This document shows, piece after piece, positions 52,001 through 60,278 of a DNA stretch of 64,000 bases. The notes beneath the pieces were generated by a model. It made no database searches. It was not told where the DNA came from and saw nothing but the letters and a program-made list of their open reading frames with translations. The DNA comes from Schmidtea polychroa. Taxonomy: Eukaryota. Numbering within the stretch: position 1 is the first letter of the stretch; each line of letters opens with the position of its first letter. A program made the position numbers and the translations under genes. The stretch lies in NCBI GenBank assembly GCA_044892525.1, contig CM097885.1, forward strand, positions 227,478,001 through 227,542,000, read 5' to 3'.

Positions 52001-55000
52001 TTTACTATATCTAATTTATTCGGAGATGCCTGTCTACATTCCTCTATATCTCTCAGGGAGTATCTTTCTCCTATTATTGAATTGTCACAGTCGTAAATAG
52101 TAAATCCCGCGGCTCCACTGGTGCAGAGCATCCATATCATCATGGTCATCATTAGTGAATTAATCGACACTTTTCTGCTGGCTGGGTCTTTCAATGGTAA
52201 TTCCCATTCCAGCTCGTTTAGCAATTTCTTCAACCGAATTTGCATTGATCTCTCTTGCTCGTTTTTTCGTGGCGCTTGTATGAGTCTTTTCCACCCACCG
52301 GCGCGAATAATATGTGGTTCGATTGTATTTTCAATGATTGTAACGGTCATTTCTACATGATTTGCGAATTGTTTGTTAGGTATTTTCCTTGCTGCTAATC
52401 CCATCAAATTGTACATTAGATACGTTAATACTACTAAATGATGTTCGTCGTCGTTTGCGTTTAAAGTTAATTGTTCAATTACTCTTCTTGTCTCTTCCCA
52501 ATCGGTTTTAGTGGTTTTTGTCTTCTCTTTGATTAATTTCGGAATTATTCCGGATATTGTATTCCATAGTTGTCTGGCATCTACGCTTGCTACTTTTCGT
52601 TGCCATAACCGTCGCAATTGTGGGTTCGTTATTATTAGCATATCTTTTACTAGCTCTCGTATCCATTTTTCGCCTCTCTCGATTGTTGGTTGAGCTTCTT
52701 TTAAGTCCCACACTATTTTATCCAGTTTCTCTAATCTGACTTGTCCTTGTTCTTGTTTCAGTTGTTCTCTAGTTTTGAATTCTGGTTTTTCTCCTTGCTT
52801 CCTAGGTCTTCCTTTTGCCCGTTTTTCCATCATTGTTCCGGCTTCTCTTGTCGTTTCATACTTCGGGTTTCTCTCATTATCTGTTCTGGGCAATGAGCTA
52901 TCGTTGTTTCTCAGCCATTCGTTCCATTCGTCTATTATTTTGTCTGTTTGACCTTCTGGTGTTGCTTTCGTTGGTCCTTTCTGTCGTTGGAATTGTTCGT
53001 CGGTTTCGGTTTCTGTTGTATTATCGATAATTTCCTCTATGTTCAGTTTATGTGGTTGTTGATAGCTAGTTGATGGTTGGCTCGTTGTCCATATTTCGGC
53101 TCCTGTCGGCCATCTTACCAGAATTGGTGATCTTTCTCCCGCTCCTTCATCGCTGTCTTCCAATATAATTTCCTCGATTTCCTCGGTTTCATTCGATTTA
53201 CTCGCTACTTTGTTAGGGCTTGGTGTACTCAAGCTACCTTTCGTAGGTTTACTGGATTTGCTCTTCCTTTTAATCGGTTTTCCCAATGTTTCTGCCATTG
53301 TCAATACATTGATCTCCCCCAATCTCATGGGTGTTATTCCGACATCTGCATTATCATCCAACGATTTTCCGAATAGTTGTAGGTGAAATGGAGTTTCGTA
53401 TGCTAATTTCTTTTTTAACTCTCTGATCTTTGTTGTTGGATGTACTTCTATATCCTCAATGCTTTTGTCGGGATACTTGACTCGGATACGATACCTTTCC
53501 TGGGTATCTTGTGCCCATTCTTGGTTTCTCCATTTCCTAATAATTTGTTCTAGCTGTTCTGGGTACCATTCGTTATATTGTCGGTATTCCTCAATCGCTT
53601 TCGCCATTTCTCTTAGATTGTGGATATTCTCTGATGTCTTTAGGATGATGTTAGCCAATGCTATTACTTGACGTTTTTGATTTTTTGCTCCCGTTGCTAA
53701 GATATCACCTAATTGTTTATATCTTTCCTTCTCTTCTCGTTCTCTCGCTTCTTTTGCCTCTTCCCCGTCTATGTCGGCGTATTCGCGTTCCTTCTTTCTC
53801 ATCGCATGAATATGCCTGGTTTCCGTTTCACTTTCTGACGTAACATCCGTTTCGCTTTCGTCGTCCGATGTCGATTTTATTTCGTCCTCTTCGTATTTTG
53901 GAGGTTCATCTTCCTCTTCTTCTGATTCGCTTTCTATCTCACCAATGTCTGTTTCCACGAAAATCCCTTTCCTGATTTCCCATTCTTTGTTTTCCGCATT
54001 CCACATCCTTTCCCATGGGGTTCGTCTGCAGGATCTGGTACTCAGTTTCTTTAATTTTCCTTGAAGCTCTTTTTCTTTTAGCCACTGTTGATGAATTTCA
54101 ATTATCTCTACTGATTTTTGATATAGCGTTTTCATCCTGTCTCGTATTTCTTTCTGGTATGTTACATCTCTTGTTCGGAATTCGTCCATGGGCAATATTC
54201 TGATGATTTGATGATTATCCCACATTCCCATTTCGCTTAGCGAGGTGTCGTCTTCGGCCCGTAATATTATTTTATCGTACATCATGACTACATCATCTAT
54301 CATCCCGTCGCTACTCTCGCTTCGTACTTTTTCCGTTATCTCTTGGTTTATCTTGGTTACTAAGTCGTCCACCGTACTCTGATTACTCATCTTTATTCGT
54401 CGTTTCTCCTCATTTGGTAACCATATGGTTATTTCTAATTTCTGCGGTTGCGTTTCTTTTAATCTTCCGTATTTGTGGATCAAATTTATGGTTCTCCAAT
54501 CGCTCATCCTGAGCAGTTCTGTATCTCGCAGTCGGCTCATTAGTTTATGCATGTCTGCAGTTCGTCTTGTTATGAGCAAATCCCAGTTATCTTCAACTTG
54601 TTCTTGGATTTGTTTGATTAATTTATCTAGATTTCGTCGCAAGGTGTATTGTTTTATTTGTTCCAGCTTCAGCTTGATGTTAAAGTCATACTCGGCCTTG
54701 GCGTCTTTAGCCCATTCGTGAATATTCGCTGGTTGCTTCTCTTTATGCAATTTCAATATTTGAGTTTCTCCTGGCCAGATCAATGCATCTATTAGGTGCA
54801 TGTCTGGTTTGATTTGTTCTCCTTGATATTGATACAGGTATTCTTTCTTTCTCGAGCTGCCCAAATGTTCTCTTATCCAATCGAAAAGATCGTCTGTAAC
54901 TGCATTTTTTATCCATATTCTCTCGAGTCCTTTGCTCGTTCCGATTTTTATTACATAGCGTGTTGTCTCCGCTTGTTTCATTTTTTCCATATACTTCTTT

Positions 55001-56961
55001 ATTATCGCTTTTTCCTCGTTTGGTATTAGATCTTTTTCGTTTCTTTCTAGTTTCATTATCCTTTGTGTGAAGCGTCTGTATGGTATGATGTCAATGAATT
55101 CCTGGTTTCTTACCACCACTGGAAGTATTTCCTTTACTTGTTTTATCGCTTCTTCTCTTTCTTTTCTCAATTTCATTTCGATATTCTCGTCTTCGCTTTC
55201 GCTTGTCACGTTGCTTTCACTTTCATCCTCATCTGCTCCGATCTTTTCTCTTAGTTGGTCGATATTTTCATTTAACTGTAACATTTCTCCACCAAGGCTA
55301 CTCACATAATCCTCATCGTCATCTGTTGACAACACCTTCTTTGTTGTCCTCATCATATTAATTCGTAAATTTCTCATTCTTGGTACTTTCTTTAATTTTT
55401 TGTTCTCGAGTATCGTTAGCTCCTCTGAGTCTAATCCTCGTATCATATCATGATTTAGATGATTAATCTGTTTTTCATTTTCGTTATTTTCCGCTTCTGC
55501 TTCTGTTTTTGTTTTTTCATTTTCTCTTTCGATTTTATCTTTTATCTTTTTCCAAAATATTTTCTGAATTCTCTGATTTCCTTTTAGCGATGTTGTTGAA
55601 TTTTCCTTTTTTGCTGCTGGAATTGTTTCTTTCGGTTTCTCTGGTTCGCTCATAGGTACAACTCTTGGATTTTTACCGTAATTGTAACAATATTGCTCTT
55701 TTATCTCCCTTGCCATTCTCATCATATTTATTCGTAATGGTTGTTCTTGTCGCTGCTGGATTCGCTCTCTTTTTATCCTCTCTTCTTCAGCTTGTAGTCT
55801 TTGCCATTCTTGTGCATGTTGTTGTACTTCATAGTTGTTAAGATTCTCGGTGCTCCTCATCATGCGTATATTCTGGGTTTGTTGTGGTACTTGCTCTTGT
55901 CTCGGTCTCATCATTTGTTGCATCATCTGCTTCATTTGTGAAATTTCTTGCATCACATTCATTTGCTTTCCCTCACTAGGATTACTTTGTCGTTGCGGAT
56001 TTGGTGCATAGTTATTATTTCGCTGTGGTGGTCGTTGTTGTTGGCTCCTTTCTCGACAGTCTCTTGAGATATGACCTAGTTGACCGCAGTTAAAACATCC
56101 TCTTAATTGGCATATATTTTCCGTGTGTCCTCGTCGTCCACACCTATTGCAATTTGCGTTTCGGTAACAATCTCTATCCCAATGTCCTGGTTTACCGCAT
56201 GTTCGGCATTGTTTGTTATCGTTCGTGTTTCGTCGATTATTAAAATTATTCCCATTGTTCGGGTTGTTGCGTTCACTGTTATTCCCATTTGATCGTCCTT
56301 GCGGTGGTTTGAAAATTTGATGCGCACCGGGTATAAACTGATTCATTTTTGGTTCATGATTGCTGTTCTCTCCATTTTCAGTTTTTACCGTTGCAGTTGC
56401 GATTCTTCCTTCCTCTTGCATGACATTCATTTGTGCCGGGAGGTGGAGTTCGCATCTCGTGGCCCAATCTATGGCTTCCTCTAGTGTTTTACACATTTGA
56501 CATCCCACCGAGGCCCTTACCTCTTCTCGGCGCAGTCCTTCTATGAAATAACCAATTAAATTTTCCTCCGGCAAGTTTCCGTTCATGGCCTTCTTTGCCA
56601 ATCTTCGCAATTCACTCGCATACAACGTTATGGATTCATTTGCTCTTTGTTTTCTACTCGCTAATTCTCCTAGGGCTTGATTTATTGGTTTGCTGGCTCC
56701 GAATGTTTTTCTCAAAAATGTTTTGATGCTTTCCCAATTGTCTAACTTCGTATTTCTTTCTTTTGCTTCTAGATACACTTCTAATGCGCTATCACATAAA
56801 AACAACGGCATCCGTTTGCTAATTGCTTCTGATGTCCATCCACACACATCGATATAGACTTCAAAATTTGTTATGAACGTTGCCAACTTGTTCGCATTCC
56901 CGTTGAATGGTTCGCCTCTAAATTTTTCTTTATATTCGTCGGTTTTTACCACATTCGTCAT
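43087..56961 (-). CDS. gag-pol: 4624-aa Gag-Env-Pol polyprotein with extra Ubl-like, Bcl-2-like, ankyrin and membrane segments
   Basis: Capsid-like N-terminus; 3 CCHC knuckles 56054-56208; protease DTG 49717-49725; RT YIDD 48496-48507; RNase H TDAS ~48055; integrase HHCC ~47300-47420 and D,D35E (47203, 47023, 46915) with GPY; glycoprotein 50270-52104; ankyrins 44570-46100. No stops or frameshifts. Confidence 0.97.
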   Translation of the reverse strand: MTNVVKTDEYKEKFRGEPFNGNANKLATFITNFEVYIDVCGWTSEAISKRMPLFLCDSALEVYLEAKERNTKLDNWESIKTFLRKTFGASKPINQALGELASRKQRANESITLYASELRRLAKKAMNGNLPEENLIGYFIEGLRREEVRASVGCQMCKTLEEAIDWATRCELHLPAQMNVMQEEGRIATATVKTENGENSNHEPKMNQFIPGAHQIFKPPQGRSNGNNSERNNPNNGNNFNNRRNTNDNKQCRTCGKPGHWDRDCYRNANCNRCGRRGHTENICQLRGCFNCGQLGHISRDCRERSQQQRPPQRNNNYAPNPQRQSNPSEGKQMNVMQEISQMKQMMQQMMRPRQEQVPQQTQNIRMMRSTENLNNYEVQQHAQEWQRLQAEEERIKRERIQQRQEQPLRINMMRMAREIKEQYCYNYGKNPRVVPMSEPEKPKETIPAAKKENSTTSLKGNQRIQKIFWKKIKDKIERENEKTKTEAEAENNENEKQINHLNHDMIRGLDSEELTILENKKLKKVPRMRNLRINMMRTTKKVLSTDDDEDYVSSLGGEMLQLNENIDQLREKIGADEDESESNVTSESEDENIEMKLRKEREEAIKQVKEILPVVVRNQEFIDIIPYRRFTQRIMKLERNEKDLIPNEEKAIIKKYMEKMKQAETTRYVIKIGTSKGLERIWIKNAVTDDLFDWIREHLGSSRKKEYLYQYQGEQIKPDMHLIDALIWPGETQILKLHKEKQPANIHEWAKDAKAEYDFNIKLKLEQIKQYTLRRNLDKLIKQIQEQVEDNWDLLITRRTADMHKLMSRLRDTELLRMSDWRTINLIHKYGRLKETQPQKLEITIWLPNEEKRRIKMSNQSTVDDLVTKINQEITEKVRSESSDGMIDDVVMMYDKIILRAEDDTSLSEMGMWDNHQIIRILPMDEFRTRDVTYQKEIRDRMKTLYQKSVEIIEIHQQWLKEKELQGKLKKLSTRSCRRTPWERMWNAENKEWEIRKGIFVETDIGEIESESEEEEDEPPKYEEDEIKSTSDDESETDVTSESETETRHIHAMRKKEREYADIDGEEAKEAREREEKERYKQLGDILATGAKNQKRQVIALANIILKTSENIHNLREMAKAIEEYRQYNEWYPEQLEQIIRKWRNQEWAQDTQERYRIRVKYPDKSIEDIEVHPTTKIRELKKKLAYETPFHLQLFGKSLDDNADVGITPMRLGEINVLTMAETLGKPIKRKSKSSKPTKGSLSTPSPNKVASKSNETEEIEEIILEDSDEGAGERSPILVRWPTGAEIWTTSQPSTSYQQPHKLNIEEIIDNTTETETDEQFQRQKGPTKATPEGQTDKIIDEWNEWLRNNDSSLPRTDNERNPKYETTREAGTMMEKRAKGRPRKQGEKPEFKTREQLKQEQGQVRLEKLDKIVWDLKEAQPTIERGEKWIRELVKDMLIITNPQLRRLWQRKVASVDARQLWNTISGIIPKLIKEKTKTTKTDWEETRRVIEQLTLNANDDEHHLVVLTYLMYNLMGLAARKIPNKQFANHVEMTVTIIENTIEPHIIRAGGWKRLIQAPRKNEQERSMQIRLKKLLNELEWELPLKDPASRKVSINSLMMTMMIWMLCTSGAAGFTIYDCDNSIIGERYSLRDIEECRQASPNKLDIVKKKVSYHVYQESDFIRTQARECVVSKKVLAYYCGQYSYSTLILPGLDKEIVPIQREDCKELFRTGAMRIRDGVTIHGQSGMIKTESIYVAGRVKSTDGSCNGGTYTIRGEVISGVVVIESYTVELKEYEAQFDANNYQMKTNPACRATENVCRTGISTIIYEANTQKCRLQLLKSALFNEVKGEIYENEDDDEENGNVRMRNGKPVPPSPKEKRLTTQKTPTALITDDPDIGMRFIREKETTKCDSIVYRTNYAGIYMSRQVIDRAVGKVATEDVKLYLYANNKMDFLFHRGQTTMQKVYYDLIQNDCSLNKEILKTKLAIAITHPDNTMPSLPLPDGHFGRMVGEVMYTYACTKTFARLPRKPTIPPGKCANELEISYKGRNRFVQPVTRIMNPIGFYPNTFNCSNAYGPLYEKPDGKWIMLPVKTEVQEPKKFGLIELATEQDFKPIDVSKAGMYSPEDLETARLNVLFPARRESILSNMVTITGGTNFQSGPNYELLLSPDHFQQATSNMMKAMWGRFLVFGQMMAGILGIILIIQIVRVILTQMLACFDIYKREKKVNWKLIVGFLPFLAKTMVLHGHSKDIHRIKRLIKILTKIKGTDEEVGRRFRKTMYDEATRAQLKKNKPKFLDRFRNRSNSSDSDDGDNGNDKYPYPSGNPNEKPIETAPYWEKEKTNTWIANGSYIPPDIVGQQTALTMTQNMYPQLPSQPGMNYMPTRRTKSVDQADDVRTIAVMSSPGGAAVTVMIQINGKETSAMIDTGANVSAIAINQIPSKCWKDIEQTTIHIIACSKETVDVVGRWWTTLRYQDNEIETYLAVIPKLSEPCIIGTDLMPELFKEVVIDLTTMCLKDKAGRICKMNAIIRCPEKIIVPAKSQMICQIKVDAGMEGEVIFEPSKSFEKRRELPLAREIITINEDGEIPINITNFEEEDKIIYENERLGRLTPMIDIELPKITNETTKADELWIIDSTLLTEKEKERLQQLLIEYKDIFAISDLDLGACDVTLHAIPLIDETPIALRPYKLAEKQKEIAEAEVQKMLDAQVIEPSCSPWQFPVVMVKKKDGTQRFCIDYRKLNAVTKRDTYPLPDINEMLLMLQGAAYFTSLDLKSGYWQIKVKEEDKEKTAFTLGRDLYQFRKMPFGLTNAPASFQRCMNFVTHGIKQCMVYIDDLLIYSATFEQHLEDIRNVFVRLRQWKLKLKPSKCDWAKEKVTFLGHIVSAKGKEPDPRNIEKIKTCPAPKTVTQVQEFLGLCGYYRKFIKNYAGIAKPIQDLVKKDISFIWGAEQQKAFETLRDKLIEAPILVHPDFKKPFLLATDASGYAAGAILGQLDEEGKERVIGYYSRTFKKHEKNYSVTEREALAIIQAIKHFRYLLWGHEICITTDHQPLVWLGQHKEASSRLMRWGMQLQEYSPFIKFKAGRANANADCMSRFIFPDLVDHEMQRICLMVAEDLDFCQLRKDQQEDTELKQIIEYVKTGKAEVYEKDQKLKEHMDKHRHRYIIEKDWLLIMDGEKRLMCIPENRRKELLTQYHDGRLGGHMSSKKTLARMKQKYFWPTLTEDVTEWVKNCITCATRKNTGTKWKAPLKPMPVPAEPMTMISMDVVGPLPESDRGNIYILVITDYLTKFPEAFAMADQKARTIAKILVEEICCRYGTPKQILTDQGTNFMSEIMSEVTNYFKIAKLRTSPYHPQTNGMTERFNGTLIQMLSNYVDRHQRDWDEYIKLCLMAYRMSIHASTKMSPFKLMYGRECNMPMDLEYQPPISQYMEIDDYVTKFKERMQEIWETAGLNIKFYQESYKDLHDRKKNVKQHTFQTGDWVMIETPELVPGTTKKLQRNGKGPYEILFIGETNVRVRLVNNPFTRPIYVNVARCKPIPKTATSQPEGRTLTTRSQTYRINMLQQINEPTGNRLGIQPSEAEKIIKEVKAKMPGWAEDRLDFEILGGLLTMIENYANRERTHPLLRVVKSQWPILFTITDHYGDTPLHKLLKVGNNEQILETIEAFRDCNVSTDQENNQGYTPLMIAANRDKAKDIIIALLETGSKITTQDHNQKNALHHAIEGKSTEAFIILIDLLSYEDNREIGNMYDGLLTAIKEKLITITGILIAWRNPIKNDYMVDINETFTKGENTLMREAMRGHHLFEIPNQLLQRGIKFSNHKDEQLIRKRITNFEKAISQFSDKVQVKFWETVSVLYMMETMNNIRENYLSIIQVLTAEERINSSNKKKIKIKKVKTRESEEQVDQIITEIATTSKPKIINSDQEIIIRKAKEVFFEEMQDLSDEAILAKITKTVHTYARDQTTNLDIEKIKTFIPLAFTLPTKDSRTPLQQAILAAKENRAITIIRILGDFGEESNAKNEQGETAIMYAAITNIHPKTLHILHRSGSRLDEISNEGNSTMDWATIQPNLEMIRFICKNATRTEVENICKNTSQFQWNTIRMNLEAMKLLLTWKIPQSNKYAININEFYENGENAMVKNTLTKGGTPKIIMIVLNREDLKFTQNLNEQKRIGKHRRTQLRELVKEWNRKRHVATGRKEFEFEAKLARNRVLTAYRRLLNDINVEDDISNDSGGDKDDKDDDNNEQGRNENGEKEKSEENNQGNNDSGIKKEENKPGSRTKEEEKTNNGKQRVCPLFTNKEMETNMMVMILILTMIEMITAHGGMGTIKEAKETENKDNKEKELKQEKKKQVREQQWDLKEEWDLKERCILGRCMSRAYRRLVLINEDTEPITEVRIQEAYRNRDGKRITKVKGKEVHLRKGGEVVITQLQPRKEHKVCISRLGPGEDCLQYVTQQQPPKEYTVCIWRNDTARECRRYPGKRGRKRKINDEKDEQGKRKKTDEKYQDNYVSEEEMEKIQRMAKEGMNEEIARIRGMMKGNGKDGNLKSTEAISTITNKEKAEIISIKQMMWISGIIITGAFLIITGGTIKIIKDRRHRGELEMARIRNFQHRIRRPSNIKQEQWVEAWNAQRPPSSRI
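50270..52165 (-). other. Class III fusion-glycoprotein-like domain (chuvirus/Jingchuvirales-type) inside the polyprotein
   Basis: Internal signal-like INSLMMTMMIWMLCTSGAAG|FTIYDC; Cys pattern YDC...EEC...ECVVSKKVLAYYCG...DCKE...DGSCNGG; TM GILGIILIIQIVRVIL. Confidence 0.8.
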
Positions 56962-57326
56962 GATTGGTTCTTGAAACTCGATTATTCCTTTTAAATTTTC
57001 CAGCGATGTAGCTAAACTATGGACGGATAATTCTTCTGTTGACCCGGTTAGGTTGTTTGTTATATCGGATAGGCTTTCTCTACTTCTAGATCGACTGGGC
57101 GTATGTCCGGCTGTGGGGTTTTCTTGATCGTATATCGGTGTTTTGTGGGGTCTTTTTGCTCCTTGTGATATTCCTCTCTGCTGCCTAAATGATCGTCCTC
57201 TTTTGAGTTGATCTAATTCGTCTCCTGAAAATAATACGTCTCCTGGCTTACTTGAAGATCTAAGGTTGGGTTTATCCGTGATTCTTTCTTACTCTTTTCT
57301 GTCTTTTCACGTGGATTTTTCTACGG

Positions 57327-57671
57327 TTAGCGGCTGCTGAATTGGTCAAGTTTGGTTCTGATAGTGTTTCCTTCGAGGAATATTCCGCGTAATTTCTCGG
57401 CTGATTTCCGGAGGAGATATCTGAGTCCTTGATTGACTGCTGCTATTACGTCGATGCTAGATATTTCGATAATTCCGTCGTAGGTAAAGATGTCGTTGTC
57501 GTCCTCCGTGTTCGGATTGGCTTGTTTTTCTTTATGCGGGTTCTGAATTGCTTTTCCTGGGTTGTTTGTATATTCTCTGGCTTCCTTTTGAGCTGGTTCT
57601 GAATTGACTTGGCTGGATGGGTATCTACAATGAAAAAATGATATCGTGTTGCATTTGCTTACACGAATCAA
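57327..57671 (-). CDS. Possible leader exon/ORF upstream of gag (<=114 aa)
   Basis: Purine-rich coding-like composition; acceptor-like TTTTTTCATTGTAG near 57620. Confidence 0.35.
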   Translation of the reverse strand: MIRVSKCNTISFFHCRYPSSQVNSEPAQKEAREYTNNPGKAIQNPHKEKQANPNTEDDNDIFTYDGIIEISSIDVIAAVNQGLRYLLRKSAEKLRGIFLEGNTIRTKLDQFSSR

Positions 57672-58343
57672 TCATTCCTTTTTACCACATTCAAGCACAG
57701 ACACCATTTTTGGGCCTCTGTTATGCTTCTCTTCATTTCCCCTCATACACTTCTCCGCGGAATATAATTACCCATCAACCCATAGTTTTCGTCGATTTTT
57801 AATTATCTATTTGGGGTAGTAACAATTATCTATATAGTCGTATAAATTATCTATAGTTAGCATTTATAATATCGATAGGTCGTTGTCAGTTACTGCTTAT
57901 TACCCCCCACATTTTCCTTACTCCTTTTGCGCGGTTCCGCTTATTCATTTAATCTTTCATCTCTATTTCCTTTTACTCGGTTCTGCTCTGGAACCAAAAC
58001 AAAATTCGTTTAACCGGTTTAAACCAAAAAAAAAATCTGTAGAACTTTTGTCTATTTACCTGGGATCCCCTTTAATTAATTAATTATTTCCTCTTTGATT
58101 CATCATCTATTCATACTTATTCTTTGTTCCTATTATTCCTAATTCATTTTCCTTTTCCGTTTCTCCTTCTTTACTGAAAGAATTTTTCTATCATCTTTTA
58201 CGAGCTCGTTTGATCCTTTCTAAATTCAAATTCCATATTTCAAACTCAATTTGCTTCTAGCTATCTTTAATATTCTATCTCACTAGTAATTTAAATGTTA
58301 TCAACTTGTAGCTTAAATGCTATCTCACTATTACTTTAGGCCT

Positions 58344-58745
58344 TTACGACTGGCTGGCACTTTTCAACAGCTCAATCTTCTTCTCCTGACCGGTTGGACT
58401 ATTCAACAACTCGATCTTACGACTGGCTGGCACTATTCACAGCTCAATCTTCTTCTTCTGACCGGTTGGACTATTCAACAACTCGATCTTACGACTGGCT
58501 GGCACTATTCACAGCTCAATCTTCTTCTTCTGACCGGTTGGACTATTCAACAACTCGATCTTACGACTGGCTGGCACTATTCACAGCTCAATCTTCTTCT
58601 TCTGACCGGTTGGACTATTCAACAACTCGATCTTACGACTGGCTGGCACTATTCACAGCTCAATCTTCATCATCTCCGAACTGGCTGGACTTTTCACAGC
58701 TCAGTTTTAATTTTCCCTGACCGGCTGGACTTTTCAACAGCTCGG
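58344..58745. repeat. 72-bp tandem repeat (~5.5 units), each unit a dimer of related 36-mers, in the 5' leader
   Basis: Units start at 58344, 58417, 58489, 58561 and 58633. Confidence 0.95.
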
Positions 58746-59327
58746 CCTTAATGTCTCTAAACTCTGCATGCTTCTATTTCCTCCTCTCCTTTTATTCTAA
58801 ACTGTCATTTCCTTTATTTTTTACTTTATTTGTCGACCTAATCTTCACCGCTTGAGAATATTTTCCCCTTTCCCCCCTTGCTCAAAACGCAAAACGATCG
58901 CATTGATCCATTTCTACATTGGTATGGTGATCAGCCATACCGTAGAAACTTTTCAATATTCGCGATGGTACCTCGCCTTACCTCTCTTACTCGGGGTGAT
59001 CGGTTGTCCTTTCCCACACGGCATTGTATAACGTACCTCCCGAAGGTGGCTCGGTTTATTCCCCCTTTAACCCTATGTTGGGACTAGTTCCACTTTATAT
59101 TATTTGTTTAAATTAAGTTTATTGATGCTCTCTCTCTATGGTGAAAATTATCATAAAGTTACTGAATTCACAATAAAATGAACACACAAAACATTCTATT
59201 CATTATTTGGCTTAAGCCACATGCAATATACACATTTACTAAAAAATTATTGACCCATCAATTAAACATAAAGGATTTAGTCAAATCGTCAATCAGATCA
59301 ATTCTTTCACCGAGTGCTGATCGCGTG

Positions 59328-59807
59328 CTAACTGAAGTAAATCGTGTGCTTCTCCTTTATCACACATACACATAAAGAACAATGCGTTAAACTGACGGCA
59401 CATTCGTCACAATGGCTAAGGTGTCCACACGGTAGAATTAGAATTTTGGCAGGTCGCGTCTTACAAATGTTACAGGTTCTTAAGACCGCTGCTTTCTCTA
59501 CTATCGATGTTCGTATTCTTTGAGACAAAGTTTTTACTTGTTCGCGTATTCTCACATATTCGATGTTCAGAGCGGGGTCGTCGAGTCGTTGCTGCATCCA
59601 TTGGTAATGGGTAGACAAGTCGGTATCGGTGTTTGTTGCTCCCAGTTTATTGGTTAAATAATTTTGTTTTGATATCAGAGGTGCATCGTGGCGTTGTTGT
59701 TCTAGGGTCTCTATTTGTTGCAGTTTTTCTCTTAACGTCTTTAGGGAATCGTTTTCTATGTCGATGAATCTGCTTAATTGTTGTAGATGTTTTCTAGCTT
59801 CCGACAT
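59328..59807 (-). CDS. IAP-type C-terminal RING E3-ligase-like protein (159 aa, no BIR), in the leader
   Basis: CNICKTRPAKILILPCGHLSHCDECAVSLTHCSLC...IYFS* matches the XIAP/cIAP RING spacing and C-terminal aromatic tail; acceptor TTTTTTTAG|AT ATG. Confidence 0.85.
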   Translation of the reverse strand: MSEARKHLQQLSRFIDIENDSLKTLREKLQQIETLEQQRHDAPLISKQNYLTNKLGATNTDTDLSTHYQWMQQRLDDPALNIEYVRIREQVKTLSQRIRTSIVEKAAVLRTCNICKTRPAKILILPCGHLSHCDECAVSLTHCSLCVCVIKEKHTIYFS

Positions 59808-60278
59808 ATCTAAAAAAAATGTGTTGTTATTATTTGTTTTGCGGGTATTATTAATAATATTGTCAGGTTGGTATTTAATTTTCGTTTGACTTTTATTGTT
59901 AATGTTTCTAACTTTTGTATTTTATTCCATCCTTGGGATTCCCTCGTCATATTTTTCACTTTAATCATTTACTTTTATTATCATTACTTCCTTTCATCCC
60001 TCTTTTTAATTTAATAAATTAGACTAAACAAAATAAGTGATTCCCGTTTTCTTTTCTCACCGCACTCTTTCACATTCATTCAACCTTATTTTCATTCAAA
60101 CTCGTTTAGGTTCGTTTTTATTCATACATACTCTCTTTCAAACTCAGACAGTTCGTATCATTTCATTGCACTATAATTCGTTTCAGCCCCGATTCCATTT
60201 TTATCATAATTAATTAAATTGTTAATCTAACACATCATAACACAAAAATAGACAATCAAACAAATCAATATATGATAA

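Noticed and set aside
38741-56484. Many plus-strand ORFs overlapping the accessory genes and polyprotein
   Set aside because: Antisense shadows of purine-rich coding sequence; low-complexity F/L/S-rich translations.
58317-58751. 72-bp array as a CRISPR array, or as coding ORFs (58317-58751, 58394-58720)
   Set aside because: Units are contiguous with no unique spacers and there are no cas genes; the ORFs are by-products of a repeat length divisible by 3, on the strand opposite the element.
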